Shown here piece after piece: positions 27,655 to 41,611 of a stretch of DNA of 64,000 bases. This stretch comes from Ginglymostoma cirratum (lineage: Eukaryota): NCBI GenBank assembly GCA_024137785.1, contig JAHRHZ010000075.1, positions 23,119,041 through 23,183,040 of the forward strand, written 5' to 3'. Positions within the stretch are counted from its first letter, which is position 1, and every line of letters starts with the position of its first letter. The translations under genes and the position numbers were made by a program. A model generated the notes under the pieces. The model was not told the DNA's origin. It was given only the letters and a program-made list of their open reading frames with translations, and did not search any database.

Positions 27655-28493
27655 AAACCACCCAAAACACCTTGAAATTCAATAGCATTACCATCACTGA
27701 ATTTCCCATTAATCCTGGGATTACCATTGACCAGAAACTAAGTTGGCTGCGCCAAGTAAACATTGTGGCTCCAAAAGTAGCTTCGAGGCTTGGAATTCTC
27801 TTACATTTATCTCATCTCATCTCCCCTCCCCTCCAGTTGCTTGCCATCTACAAGGCACAGCAGTGTGATAGAATAATCCCCACTGCCTGGGGGAGTGCAG
27901 TTCCAACAGCACTCAAAAACTTTACACTATCCAAAACAAAACAACCCACCTGACTGGCACCCAATTCACCTACAACATTCAATTCCACCTGGTGCACAGC
28001 AACATGTATCTGTACCTAATATAAAATGCACTGCAGGAACTCACCCAGGCTCCTCATTCAGTACCTTACAAATCCAGTGACCTCTACCATCGAGAAGGAT
28101 GAGGATAGCAGATGCATGGGAATACCAAGTTCTGAGGCATACCTTCCTGACTTGGATGAAGATTACCTTTTTGTTACTGTCGCTCAGTCAATATCCCTAC
28201 ACCTTGAAAATTGTAGCAGTTCAAGAAGGCAACTCACCAGAACCTCTTCCAGGAGGATTAGGGACAGGCAATAAATGCTGGCCCAGCCAGCAACACCAAC
28301 ACCAACATCTCATGAAGGAATAAAAATGTTGGACAGTGTACATATAATTCCGCTTGCCATCACATATCGTGCCAGTTCCATGTTATAAAGAAAAGGAGAT
28401 TAAAACACTGGACAGACAGGCCCAGTTTCTTCTCTTGAAAAACAGAAGGCCAAGTTGTGATCTAATGCATATCTTTTAAAATTAAGGTCTAAT

Positions 28494-28615
28494 GGGCTCG
28501 TGTAATGCAATAATAGTGTCCCCACTTCTGATCCAGGAGGGCTGAGTTCAAGTCTCATCTGCTCCAGAGGTGTGCAATTACATCCCTGAACAAGCAGATT
28601 AGAAAATATCTATAA
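28494..28615 (+). mobile_element. Short tRNA-like SINE inside a decayed CR1 3' fragment (~28400-28770)
   Basis: B-box-like gagttcaagtctc; CR1-like sequence on both sides. Confidence 0.4.
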
Positions 28616-29084
28616 AAGGCTTGACAGAGTCAGAGTTCCACATATGAGTAACAGGATAATTAGATGTCACTAACAAATCAAATATCGGAAATTCAGAAGA
28701 AACATCTTGAACGCAGAGAATTGCGAGAACATGGAATTTGATACATTGTGGAGTGGTTAAAGCAAATAGTACACAGAACGTCATCCCATTTAATGATGTT
28801 TCTCTTTAATGTTATTTTACCTTTAGGACTTGTTTTAATCTAGTCATCATTTTGAGCTTAACACTATGCAAGTTATCGGATACAAGAACATGGTCAATGC
28901 CATATATATTTGGAGAATTCTGAGCAACTGCAAGTCAAGGTTGACTTGCAAAGACAGTGACCTCTTCTCCCCTGGCTGTGCCTACCAACATAGCCATGTC
29001 TCCTGTCACCTTTTCTTACTTTAGGTCCAACAGGCTGTTTTCAACTGTACCCTTTCCTTGGCTTCCATTTGAACTCGTACCAAT

Positions 29085-29150
29085 AGCGCCTTCTAGTGGT
29101 GAGACTCAGCAGCTCCCTGCACTAATTAACATCTGCCACTAGATGGAGCT
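29085..29150. promoter_or_regulatory. Divergent pair of CTCF-like motifs
   Basis: ccactagaaggcgct on minus (29099-29085) and gccactagatggagct on plus (29135-29150). Confidence 0.55.
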
Positions 29151-29924
29151 TGATCAATCTAAAAATGCAGGAGCATTTGTATCAGACAAAAGAATGTGCT
29201 GAACTGTCTTATTTTAGGAGGAGTCCAAGTACAGTGCAGTATCTCAACTCCTGTGTTCTTTATGTCCAGATCAAAACAATGTCTAACAGAGCTCAACTGT
29301 AGATTGCATATCAATACCCGTGGGAAGTTGTATCAACTAAAGCCTTGACTTTAAGGAACTCAACCACAACTTCAGGTGACATCTTAGTGTAGATACATTT
29401 AAAACAAGGCTAGATAAGAATAGGAGGATAAAAAGGGTGTAGATACTGAAAGAGCTGAATAAACAGACAGAAGTAGGCTGGAGTACAGCACAAATACCAG
29501 TGTGGACAAATTGAGCACAGTGACTCATTACAATAACACAGAGCAATCAGCAAAATATATACTCACTTTATTGGTTCATTGCTGCTGCTATGCTATAATT
29601 GGAGATAGCTATTCTGTCAACATTATGTAACTGCAACAGGAAAAGGAAGGTGACCATTCTGCCAGCTTACAAACAAACAGTTCTTTTCATTTCTAGTGGA
29701 TTCCTTAGCTTCCCATAGCTCCAAATGTGAAAAACAGCACCCTTCCAATGTACATTTTCCAAAAAATCTGTACTCTGTGTTGCTTTCTTTCCTCATTACC
29801 TAACATTTCTACTACTTTCCAGTTCCCACAACAGCCTGAAGTTCATATTACAAAGTCTTTAACATGCCATATATTATTTGTCTCTGCTTTCAATAGCTGC
29901 ATGCTGCTGATGGCTGTTTCTACT

Positions 29925-30500
29925 TTTTTAATTCATTTATGGGATATGGATATCAATAGATGGGTCAACATCTATTGTTTATCCCCAACCATCCTGGAGC
30001 AGGTGCTGCTGTGCCACCTTCTTGAACTGCTGTAGTCCTTAGGGTATAGGGCACTCACAATGCTGTTAGGCACATTCAGGATTTTAACTTAGCAACAGGG
30101 AAGGAATAGTGACATAGTTTCGAGTCAGGATGTTATACAGTTTGGAGATGAACCTGCAGATGGTACTGGTGTTCCCATACATCTGATGGTCCTGTCCTTC
30201 CAGCTGGTAGAAGTGACAGGTTTGGAAGGCGCTGTCTAAGGAGCCTCAGTGAGGTACTGCAGTGTATGGCAAAGATAGTGACAGCAGTGTGTACTATGAG
30301 TCAATGGTGAATGGAATGAATGTTGAGTGGTGTTCAAGTGGGCTATCTAAACCTGGGTGGATGTCAATTTTCCAAGAGCTGTAGGAGCTGCTCTCAGCTA
30401 GCCAAGTGGAGTGTATTTCATCACACTCCTGACCAGTGCCCTATAGATGGTGGGCAAGCTTTGGGGAGACTTACTTGCTGCTGAATACCAGGCTCTGAGC
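29925..30500 (-). mobile_element. 3' fragment of the same L2/CR1-group LINE family as 24880-28325
   Basis: Reverse complement matches 27800-28325 (cagcagttcaagaaggtggca, gggataaacaatagatgttgacc). Confidence 0.7.
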
Positions 30501-30796
30501 TGTCTTTAAATTCACATGGGCACATGGTCATCCCCGACACCTTTGCAGCTATAGTGAATGGAGAATGCACAAGACTGAAGGTCTAAAAACATAGATAATT
30601 ACCACAATCCAGCAGATACAGAAATAAAGATTGACAGATGTCCCTATAGAAAATCCAAAATATTCACTGCAAAACACAAATGCCTATGATCTTATTATGC
30701 ACATCAAAATCAACCTTCAGCACTAATGTGCAAATTATTCTAAGGAGCTGCCTTAGAAACATCAATTGGACCCGCTAAAATGTGGCAACTCCAATT

Positions 30797-31125
30797 CATA
30801 GAATCATATAATCCCTACAGTGTGGAAACAGGTCATTTCGGCCCAACAAGTCCACAGTGCCCCTCCAAAGAGCATCCTACCCAGACCCATTCCCCTACAT
30901 TTCCCTTGTCTAACCCACCTAACCTAAACATCCCTGGGCACTATGGGCAACTGAGAATGGCCAATCCACCTAACCTGCACATCTCTGGACTGCAGGAGGA
31001 AACTGGAGCAACCCAGAGGAAACCCACGCAGACACGGGAATGTGCAAACAGTCGCCCGAGGGTGGAATCGAACCCGGGTCCCTGGCGCTATGAGACAGCA
31101 GTGTTAGCCACTTAGTCACCGTGCC
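30797..31125 (-). mobile_element. HE1-type V-SINE
   Basis: A-box, B-box, V-domain and tail on the minus strand. Confidence 0.9.
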
Positions 31126-31449
31126 ATCACAAAGCTTTATGAATTGGGTGGCAGGACTGGGAACTGGGACTACTGTGCTCTTTTGTGGAATGTGATATGC
31201 CTGCAAATGGTCTTCCACCCACTACTTATCTACTGCCAAATTATTAGCTTATCTCAAATCTCTTAGCTTGAAGAAACAAATAAGTTCTACTTCTGAAGAT
31301 AGTGAATCCGTGTCAGAGCAATTTAAGACTGTGGTAAAATTTTCAGGTAAAACCTACAGATGCAGTTGCCGATACAATGCAGGACAAGTACCCTTAATCA
31401 ACAATGTGGGTACTACAATCATCAACTCAGATCTAAACAGTGCTCACAT

Positions 31450-33845
31450 GTCTTTTGGGCCTTTACCTTATTCTACATACTCAAATGTCTTTATTTTTCA
31501 CCAACTCCATAAAGCAAGTTTCCCACCACAACGTGGAACTCTTCTTCCGCCACCTTCACCTCCATGTCATCTTCTTCGATAAAAGACTCCCAACCACCCT
31601 CCGGAGACCCCTTTTCCCACCTCCAACCTTCCTCCTCCTCTTGGAGGCCCCCTGCCGGCCTCTTACCAGCCCTGGGCCACTTCATTGCCAACACAACATC
31701 AACTGCCTTGATTTCTCCACACGCACCACCCCTCGACCCCACCTCCCCCTCAGCGCTTTACTCTTTCCACACCAATCCCCATTTCACTATCAAACCCGCT
31801 GCAAAAGATGAGGCAGTGGTAGTCTGGAGGATGGACTTCTATACCAAAGAGGCCAAATGTCAATTCTCCAACACCACATCCTCTATCCCCCTTGACCATG
31901 ACTGCACCATGGCCCAGCAGCTCCCACACTGTCCATGATCTCATCGCTTTCAATGACTTCCTCTCTACCACCTCCAGGCTTATAGTCCCCCAGCCCAGCA
32001 CTGTCGGATTCTACCTGGTCCCCAAGATCCAGAACCCTAACCACCCCGGGTGACCCATCATTTCTGCATGCTCCTGCCCAACCCAACTCATCTCTTCCTA
32101 CCTTGACTCCATTCTCTACCCCTTGGTCCAGGCATTCCCCACCTACATCTGGGACACAAACCATGCCCTCCACCTCTTTGGTAACTTCAGGTTCCCTGGT
32201 CACCAGTGCTTCATCTTCACTATGGATGTTTAATTCCTAAATGCTTCCATACCCAACAAGGATGGCCTACAGGCCCCCACTTTTTTCCTCTCCAACAGAC
32301 CCATCCATGTGCCTCACCTCAACAAATTTTTCTCCAATTCTTCCCACTTTCTCCAAATTGACAGGGTTTGCCAGGGACAGTCACATGGGTCCCAGCTACA
32401 CCCACCTGTAGGTCAGTTATGTCAAACAGTCCCTCTTCAGTACGTACACCCTTCTTCCAACTTTTCCACCGTTACATCGATGACTGCATTGGTGCTGCTT
32501 CCTGCACCCAGGCAGAACTGCTCCAGTTCATCGACTTCGCTAACAACTTCCACCCTCAAATTCACTTGGTCTATCTCAGAAACCTCCATCCCCTTTCTGG
32601 ACCTCTCAGTTTCCATTTCTGGGGACAGCTTACCTACTGACATTTACGATAAACCCACATACTCCCATCACTACCTAGACTACACGTCCTCCCACCCTGC
32701 ATCCTGCAAAAACTCTATCCCATTTTCCCAATTCCTCCATCACATCTGCTGTAATGAGCAGACGTTCCACTCCCAAGCATCCCAGATTTCCACTTTTTCA
32801 AACAAACAACGCTCTTCACACCTCCATCGCCCGCCTCCCCACCCTCCCCCACCCAGCCAACTGGCATCCAGGCAGCCCTCCACCACACTTCAGCTCTTAA
32901 CTACCAACACCTCCCCCACAAACATAATAAAAAATGTCTCCCCCGTCCTCACTTTCCACCTCACCAGCCTCTACATCCAATGTATCATCCTCAAATACTT
33001 CTGCCAACTCCAATTAGACCACACCACCTGGAACATCTTCCACTCGCTACCCCTCTCTGCATTCTGCAAGGACCATTCGCTTTGCCGCTCCTCAGTTTGC
33101 GCCTCACTCCTCACCAACCACTCCAACCCACCCGGTACCTTCTCTTGTAACCGTAGAAGATGCAACACCTGCACGCACAGCAACTTCGTCGCCTCCATTC
33201 AAGACCCTAAACAGGCCTTCCAAGTGAGACAGAGCTTCACCTGCATCTCCTCCAACCTAGTTTATTTCATCCAGTGCTCCCAATGCTGTCTTTACATCAG
33301 TAAGACCAAATGTAGACTAGGTGACTGTTTTGCTGAGCATCTCCATCTGGCCAGTAACAGCCAACCTAACCTTCCGGTCACCACCCATTTCAACAGCTCG
33401 TCCCACTCCCCCTCCGACACACCAGTCCTCTGCCTCCAGTGTCGTAGTGACTTGCAACACAAATTTGAAGAACACCACCTTATCTTCCACCTGGGCACCC
33501 TACAGCCCGGAGGACTCAACAGAGTTCTCCAATTTCAAATAACCTTGGCAGTCATCCCTCGCCTCCCTTCCAGCCCTGTCTCCTCCCTTCCATTCCACCT
33601 TCTGACCCTCCCTTCCAGCCACCAACTGGATTCATCCCTCCTGTGAACCAACCAAGTCGTACCTACCACCAGTGTCCACCTAACACCACCATTCCATCTC
33701 CACCCCTTCCCCCATTCCTTTATCTGCAGCTCTCTCTAGCCCCACAACCAGTCCTGAGGAAGGGTAATACCCAAAACATTGACTGAGCTTTTTCTCCAGA
33801 TGCTGCTTGGCCTGCTGTGTTTTTCCAGTCTCCTGTTTGTCTACA
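31450..33845 (+). mobile_element. Degraded Neptune-like Penelope element (RT, Cys linker, GIY-YIG, pLTR)
   Basis: IKPAAKDEAVVVW, FYLVPKI, FTMDV, FHRYIDDCIG, IYDKPTYSHHYLDYTSSHP, CNRRRCNTC linker, VYFIQC..YISKT; hammerhead-like motif at 33749-33785. Confidence 0.9.
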
Positions 33846-36800
33846 TCAAATTCCCTACAGAAAGCGTTCCCTTACAATCACCCAACAGTGACAAACAATG
33901 AATGGTAAACACAACTGTTAATTACTTTAGCTCCTGTATCCCTTCCTGCTATTAAAATCTTATTCATTCTTCAAAAGGGATCATCATATTATACCTTGGT
34001 TTCAATTTACTATTAATTTAATGAATACTTGAATAAGTGAATATGTATTATTTAGAACACATTTACATCTTATAGAAATTAACTTCTCAATGGAAAAAGA
34101 ATCTATATAACGAGTAATTAATTTGTCTAACTATCTGTAATTCTTTTCTGCTTATCTTTTCTAGCTCCAGAATTTAGTACCACCAACCTTCCTCTAAAAA
34201 GATTCAAAATGACATGAGTCAACTCAACACTTTGAATAGCTTCAGCTTATTAAGTGTGCCTGAAAACAGTTGGCAAGGCTTTATGGATTTCAATTAACTG
34301 CGAGATACATTTTAGAGTGGTAGTCGTTCATGCACATTATTGGACAAATCACACGGTGTGCATTTGCTGAACTTGGCTTCTTTCCTTTCAGTTAGAAAGC
34401 CAGACTAACCTCTCCTCAACAGCTGCACCAAATTAGGCTGAGACATGGAATTTAACCACAGTGGGTTCTTAAAACACTTTGGCCTAGGTTTTCTGATCTG
34501 GTTGAATTACTGCCAGCTTAGCTGTAGGCAGATCTGCTACAATTGAGTTTATTTAAATATTTCAGGAGTGCATAGCAGTACTTCTGCAGTCACCAGATCA
34601 TGCATCTCATGACCAAAAAGGAAGTTGCTGCACTATTAGTGTAGAATGACTTGCATCCCTAGAACAAAAGGAGAAAAGGCTTATTCTTTAATTAGGACCT
34701 AAATAGCTGTTCACCCCAAAAGCACCAGATTTGGTATTGTCACCTGTTGTGCAGGAGACTGCTGCAAGGGAATTCTTGCAAAATATTATTCTTCTAAACT
34801 GCAGCCAAAGATCTGGAGGCCAAGTCTAAAATATCATTTACCAACTAAGATATTGGAAAATTCCAGAAAAAAAAATTAAGCAAATCCATTTACACTTCCT
34901 CAAACAAACAGAAGCCAAAGATTGGTACGGTGATTACTTGCCTGACTAGTACTCTTGAGACCTGGCATTCTCCAGTTGAGGTCAAAACCCAATTGATGGA
35001 TGGAAGTGACCTCCTGGTTGCTGACCAGGAACCAGCACACCATCAGATCACCCATCTCTTGAACTCAAGACTGCCAGTTCTCCTTAACAAGAGCTAACGT
35101 ATGGGGCAATAATTGCCCACCCCCTCAAAAATTGCTCTGGGCATGCATCAGCCCCTGATGCAACATGGAGTAGTTTCCAGAAATACTCCTAACATTGGGA
35201 TCCCGATCCCTAAAAAATGAAGACAGAGTGTTGTACCACTTTGGAATTCTCTACCTTAGGCGATGAAGGAGGCTAGGTCAATAAGTAAATTTTAAGGCAG
35301 AGATAGGCAGAATCTCATTAAGGAAAGGAAACAAAACATTAATCAGGCATACGTAAGAATGCACAATTCGAAACACAAGTAGAGTAGCCCTAATCTTACT
35401 AAATGATGGAACAAGATCAAGGAGCTTGAAGGAGGACCACTTCTGCCCCTAATTCATGCATTTTAACACACATGCTGGTTTGACGACAAGCAAATCCAGT
35501 CTTGTACAAACATGGACTACATTGTGGGATCCCATTCACCACATGGATTGAGTAAATTCAAGACTATTAATCATCTTCTTCCTTCAATTAGAGATCAAAC
35601 AAAATGTTGACCTTGCCAGCAACACTACAAATGTTTTAGGAAATAATCCACATATAACATCAGGGCCTAAGTAAACTTCAGCAAAGAGGATATCAAATAG
35701 AGATATGGCAATAGATCTGGAGACAGAAAATTCTATTGAATCGGCTGCAATAATGCCTTAAATCTATTGTGCCTTGCTTGAGTGAAAATTCTTATAATAA
35801 AAGTTGAAAAGTAATGTTTCCTGGATTGCACTAAATATGTGCTGCACAACTGTGGCAATAGTGACCTACAGAAGATTATTAAAGTGGATATAGACTGAAA
35901 TGAAAATTGTAATAGAACCTGAGACATGGAAACTGCTTCTGCTTGCAGTTGGGACTTCATTAAAGCCAAGTAAGTACTTTGTTTTATTAGGTGTGAGCTT
36001 GAAACCAATTCCAAGATATTATAGCATTATTGCTTAGAACCACATTTCTAACCCCTGGATTGTTAACTCAACAGATACAGGTCACCTGAAGATAATATTT
36101 AAAAATTCATGAACAAACATCATTTCTTCAATCAAAAGATATAAACATCAAACTTCCTTCTTATGATAGCTAAATACAGACTATATAAATACTTGCTGTA
36201 AAAAGGTAGATAACACCACAAAGTGCTTAACAGAAACATAAGTCGGAAACAGAAATATCAACAGTCTGGCTAACAGCTTGGTGAAAGCAGCTTCACAGAA
36301 GATTTATTAGCTAAGGGAAAGCAGGTTAAAATGCAGAGGAGTTTACCAGGAACATTGGAGGGAATTCTTGAGCAGGAGTTATCGCACTTTAAAGCGCACC
36401 CATCAATTATTGGCATAGGGGAGGAAGATGATAATGACCAAAAGGTCAGAATTAGTGAAGCAGAATTCAAGGAAAGGTTGTTGCAGGAAAGTCAGGATTG
36501 ATGATTACAACTTAAGTATTGTACTACAGGGAACCACTATAGGTCAACAAAGACAGCAGAAATGGGCAAGAACAACTTAGTGTGTGACAAGAGACTACCC
36601 GTTGCATTTTGGATGAACTGAAGTTTACAGAGTTTGGGAAGCAGCTGAGACAGCATTACAATAGCATCTGAAATAATCCAAGATCCAATATCAAGTAAAG
36701 ATCTTACATATTGCTGGGAGCTACAATGGACTGGGAGAAAAGATTAGATTTTTTGTTTAGAATGAGCTCTTCAAACTGTTACCATCAGAAACAATGAGCC

Positions 36801-38557
36801 AATTTTGCTAGCCAACATCGATATGAAGAGAAAGTTTATGCAAGATTACATTTAATAAAACACTAAATAAAAGAGCTCAAAGCTCCCTGGTAAATGTCCA
36901 AGATAACATAATCAGAGGATATTGTGTTGAGAAGAATAAAAATTGCTGTTAAAAATAAAAAACAGCCACACTGTGCATCCTACTCCCTGCCGAGATAACT
37001 GATTGGGTTTACTCAAAAGGTGAGCAAATGTGTGTGCTTGGAATTAATATCTTTGGGATATTAGACATTAAAATTAATTTCAAATTACTTGTTCAACTGA
37101 CAAATGTCAAAAGGTTTATGATGGACAATCCACTTTGAGTGCAGTCAATTTTCATACATCAAATCAGAGTTTTGTCAAGATAGATATTGGTTTGGGCGTA
37201 GAAGGGCAAACTTGCTAGTTGATATTGGTGTTAGAATCCCTTCAGAAAATCCTCCAAGAGCAATCATGTTGCAGGTTTGGGTGACATGAGCAGAATAAAC
37301 TTAAATGTTACAGTTCAGTCAGTGCAAACTTAAAACTCAAGCCAAATGGATCAAACAACCAAGTTTAGATGATAGGCATTCAAGACATTAAACTTCCCTT
37401 TACATCTGAATGTGGTATTGGATGTTAAAAGCTTTAGGCAGAAGTTGGTGCAAACATTTTATCCCAACATAGAGAATACTAACTTACTCCAGTATCAGCA
37501 TGGTATGGTATGGAATGACAGCAAAAGGTGCTGTTACTTTTCAACAATAAATAGTCTGTTATGGGGTGAGGTGTTAAAGGGCAGGAATTATGAGCGAGAA
37601 GGAGGAAGAAAAGGAATGGGAAAGTCAATATTACAGTGTTTACCCAGTTTAATGTCTTTTTTGTTTAGAAAGTCTTTGATTTATTTATTGCATAAATTAG
37701 GAGGAGTTGTCCCTTTGGCCACCTTGGGCCTGCTCTGTCATTCAATAAGATAGTGGCTGGTCTGATTATGGCTTCAACGGCACAATCATGCCCATCCTCA
37801 AAACCTGAGACTCTGGTTAGCTTGTGAAATTTAATTGGAGTAAATGGAAATACTGAGTGGCAATTATCATATAGTACTGATTCTTCTGTGGCTACAATGT
37901 TTTTTTGAAAAGTATTCTAAAATGGGAAACAATTGCCTGTTGTTATTTTTGAACCCATGAGTTGATATTTTTCAGTGCCAATGTCTTCAGTCCCAATTGA
38001 AAAGCATGAGATTTGATAAATGTAGTTTGCTGTAAATGCAAAGAAAACATTGTAAAGCGAGGAATTCAAATTGCATAAAGCAAGGTTCCACAAATAACAG
38101 TGAGATAAATGTCAAGAAATTTCCTTTTCAACAGTACCCAGATGTTTTTATATTCACCTGACAGGCAGGCAGGTACTCAGTTTAACGACATGTTGGGAAA
38201 TGGCAAGAGAACAGACATTTCAGCTGAACATGAATAAATGCTCCAGTGGCCTAAAAAGGACATAGGTGCTCAACAATGGGGTACTTAATCAATAGGAAAA
38301 ATACTTCTTACAATGAGCTCATGCTGACTGTTTTTTCCACTGAATGCTTGAGAATACGTCAAACATAAACACCACATTACATGCAAACAGGCAATTCAGT
38401 TTAAAAGGTTTGGTGTTTCATGCGTCTTCTCATTCTTTTGATTCCTCAGTGTAACCCTTTAAGCCCTTCGCCCTCATTCTTGCTTCACTTTCCCTTAAAT
38501 GCATTTAGGGTATTTGTTGCAACTACTTTCAGTAGTAACAAGTTCCATACTCTTGTA

Positions 38558-39440
38558 GAAATAATAAGAACTGCCGACACTTCCGCCACCTGCAATCTGA
38601 TCCCACTAGGAAGGTTACATTTCCCTCCCCACCTTTATCTGCGTTCTGGAGGGACCACTCTCTCCACTACTCCCTCGTCCGCTCCAAACTCCCCACTAGT
38701 CCCACAACCCCTGGCACCTTTCCCTGCAACCGCAGGAGGTGCTACACCTGCCTCTACACCTCCCCCCTCACCTCCATCCCAGGCCCCAAAAAAAAAACCT
38801 TCCACATTAAACAGATGTTCACCTGTAATCCGCTAATGTGGTCTGTTGTATCCGCTGTTCCCGATATGGCCTCCTCTACATTGGTGAGACCAAGTGGAGG
38901 CTCATAGACCGCTTTGTAGAGTATCTACGCTTGGCTCGCAACAAATGACAACACCTCCCAGTCGTGAACCACTTCAACTTTCCCTCCCACTCCCTGGACG
39001 ACATGTCCATCCTGGGCCTCCTCCAGAATCGCAACGACACCACCCGGAAACTGCAGGAACAGCCCCTCATATTCTGCCTTGGGAGCCTACAACCCAATGG
39101 TCTCAACGTGGACTTAACTAGCTTCAAAATCTCCACACCTACAGCCTCATCCCAAGCCCAACCCACCCTCTCATCCCCGCCTCCCTGACATGTCCATCTT
39201 CTCTCCCACCTAGCCGCTCCTCCCACCTCACTGACCAATCCCCACCACTACCTACCTGCTATCACCATCCCACCTACCTTCCCCAGCCCAAACCCACCCC
39301 CCCCATTTATTTCAGAGCCCCCTTCCCCTCCCCCATTTCTGAAGAAGGGTCTCGACCCAAAACGTCAGCTTTCCTGCTCCGTTCCTCCAGATCCACACTG
39401 TGTTACCTCTGACTCCAGCATCAGCAGTTCTTACTATCTC
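38558..39440 (+). mobile_element. 5'-truncated Neptune-like PLE with a short inverted 5' arm
   Basis: GTFPCNRRRCYTC, LYIGETK, EQPLIFCLGSLQPNGLN; core at 39339-39366; ends agaaataataagaactgc and gcagttcttactatctct are inverted. Confidence 0.88.
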
Positions 39441-40295
39441 TGAAGAACCAATGGGCCAGACTGACCTTCTTTTGCCCTGTAAGACTGCTGTGCTTCTACA
39501 ACAGAAGGCCTCACACCTTACAGTACATATACTATACTTGGAGATATTGCAGCATAAACATACCAGAAAGGTACTTGGACACCAAAGAGTTTAAATTAAA
39601 AAGGAAGGATTATATTCTTTGGAATTTTTAAAGGTTAAGTTGGTGACCTGTAAGATCAAGATGCTTATCTACAAAGTCTTTATCCCCAGCATAATTCTAT
39701 ATGTCAACTAAGACAGGCCAATTTACATCTAGCAAGAAAGAAGGCTCAATAATAAACTTCTATCTCTGGTATGCAAGATGCATTCTTAACATCATATGGA
39801 AGGATAACTTTATCAATGGAGTCATCCATTTTGGGCAAACATGCTCAAGCTGATCGTGCAAAGTTGCTCCATTGGCTTGGGCACACTCCTAAGAATGTGC
39901 AGCATGAGAAGTTAGGTAATGCCAAATAACTAGCAGTGCATTCAAAGATGCTGCCAAAAGAGACAAATTTCAGAATATGAAAATCACAATAAGTGGGAAA
40001 CTCTAGCTGAAGATCAAATTAAAGTAGCAGCATGAACTTTGTGCAGGAATTTGCCACCATGATAACACATGTTTTCAGACCACCCAAACAAACATACTTC
40101 AGCCTTTCAGTCAAAAAGGTTATTGTGCAAGATAAAGATTTTTGACACGGGGCAACATCTTGGCATGCACGGAAGATTAACTGCCTAACAAGACCCAGCC
40201 ATAAATGGGCCAATTTCTGTTGGCAATGCACAAGTACTATGTGACAGAGATCAGTGCTGCAGCCTTGACTTTTTACAATTTACATAAAATGAATT

Positions 40296-40880
40296 ACAAC
40301 ATTCAGAAGACATTTGGATAAGTACATGAATAGGAAAAGTTTGTACGGATATGGGCCAGGAGCAGGCAGGTGGGACTAGTTTAGTTTGTGATTATGTTTA
40401 GCACAGACTGGTTGGACAGAAGGATCTGTTTCTGTGCTGTGACTCTATGGCTTTGAATGAAGGAACGGAAGACTCGTTTTTTTAAAATTTGCTACCAACA
40501 CAAAGATAGGTAGTAAAACAAATTGTGAAGAAGATGGCAGAAGCCATAATGCATATAGATAGGGTAAGGTCTGTTGGCAAGACCTCCCAATGAAGTATAA
40601 TGTGGGAAAATGTGAAACGGTTACAGTGAAAAGTCTAAATTGTGAGAAATTGCCAATCTCTGGGCTGCAAAGGGATTTGGGTGCAAGAATCGCCAAAGCC
40701 TACATGCAGGTAAAGTATTTAGGAAAGCTAATAGAATGTTCTTGTTTATTGCACACTGAGTTGAAAGATTACGCTTCTGTTATGCAGCATATGCCCAAGA
40801 TATCTGGAGTGCTATATACTGGAGTGGCTTTCTTATACTTGGAAGGATATACATATGTTGGAAGTATTTCAAAGAAGGTT
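40296..40880 (+). mobile_element. CR1 3' tail (40296-40448) inside an older CR1 RT fragment
   Basis: catttggataagtacatgaataggaa...tctgtgctgtgactctatg; flanks aaatttgctaccaacacaaag and MKYNVGKCE. Confidence 0.65.
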
Positions 40881-41611
40881 GTCTTACGAAGAAAGTTTAA
40901 GCAGCACATTACATCCATCAGTGGAACAGCTCAAATGATTTTCCCATCAAGTGCACAAGGATGTGAATGCCTGCTTGGGCATGAACAAAGATACATTACC
41001 TTCCCAATTTTATTTTACCATATTTCTCCAATGACATGGTAGTGGCCTTTCGACTAAAGAAATTCTGTCCCCTACCTTGCAAATTCAATCAGATCCAGCA
41101 CCTCTCTCTTCTGATTACTGCTTAATATCCTGACCAATAGTCACTTAAGAGAATCACAAGGCATTATGTTCCACAGTCCTTTACAAGAACATATTCATAT
41201 AGGAACAACACAGCAGTAATGCAGATTAATAAGATATTTGGCACCGCTTTAAGCCGGTATTTTTTGGCCTTGGACGTGATGTGTCACGTTCTTGAACAAC
41301 TACAGTCATTTCGTGCAGGTACACCACAGTGCTGTTTGCAATGATGAAATAGCGATATATGAAGGCAAGCTTTCCTCTATTAACATTCCTCTCACTTGCC
41401 TCCCACACAGAAAACCATGTTTACAGAAGGAGCACTTAAATATCATGTTCTAACTGATACGGGATACATACCATAAGGCATAAGAACTATTCAGCATGCC
41501 AAATAGTACACAAAAATAGAATTTAATCAATTTTCACAATGGCAGAAGTAAACACATTGAATTTGGCACGAACCGTATAACGAGTCTAGAATAAATTTTG
41601 ATAGTTAATGG

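Larger units (their letters stand above)
24880..28325 (+). mobile_element. L2/CR1-group LINE, split by an HE1 SINE and a PLE
   Basis: Endonuclease remnants (EFNTH.Q, SDH region), PGITIDQKLSW, IYKAQ; tail ggcaataaatgctggcccagccagc. Confidence 0.7.

Noticed and set aside
32309-33646. 445-aa ORF as a host or domesticated gene
   Set aside because: It is a frameshifted PLE; the YIDD catalytic motif is in another frame and upstream RT motifs contain stops
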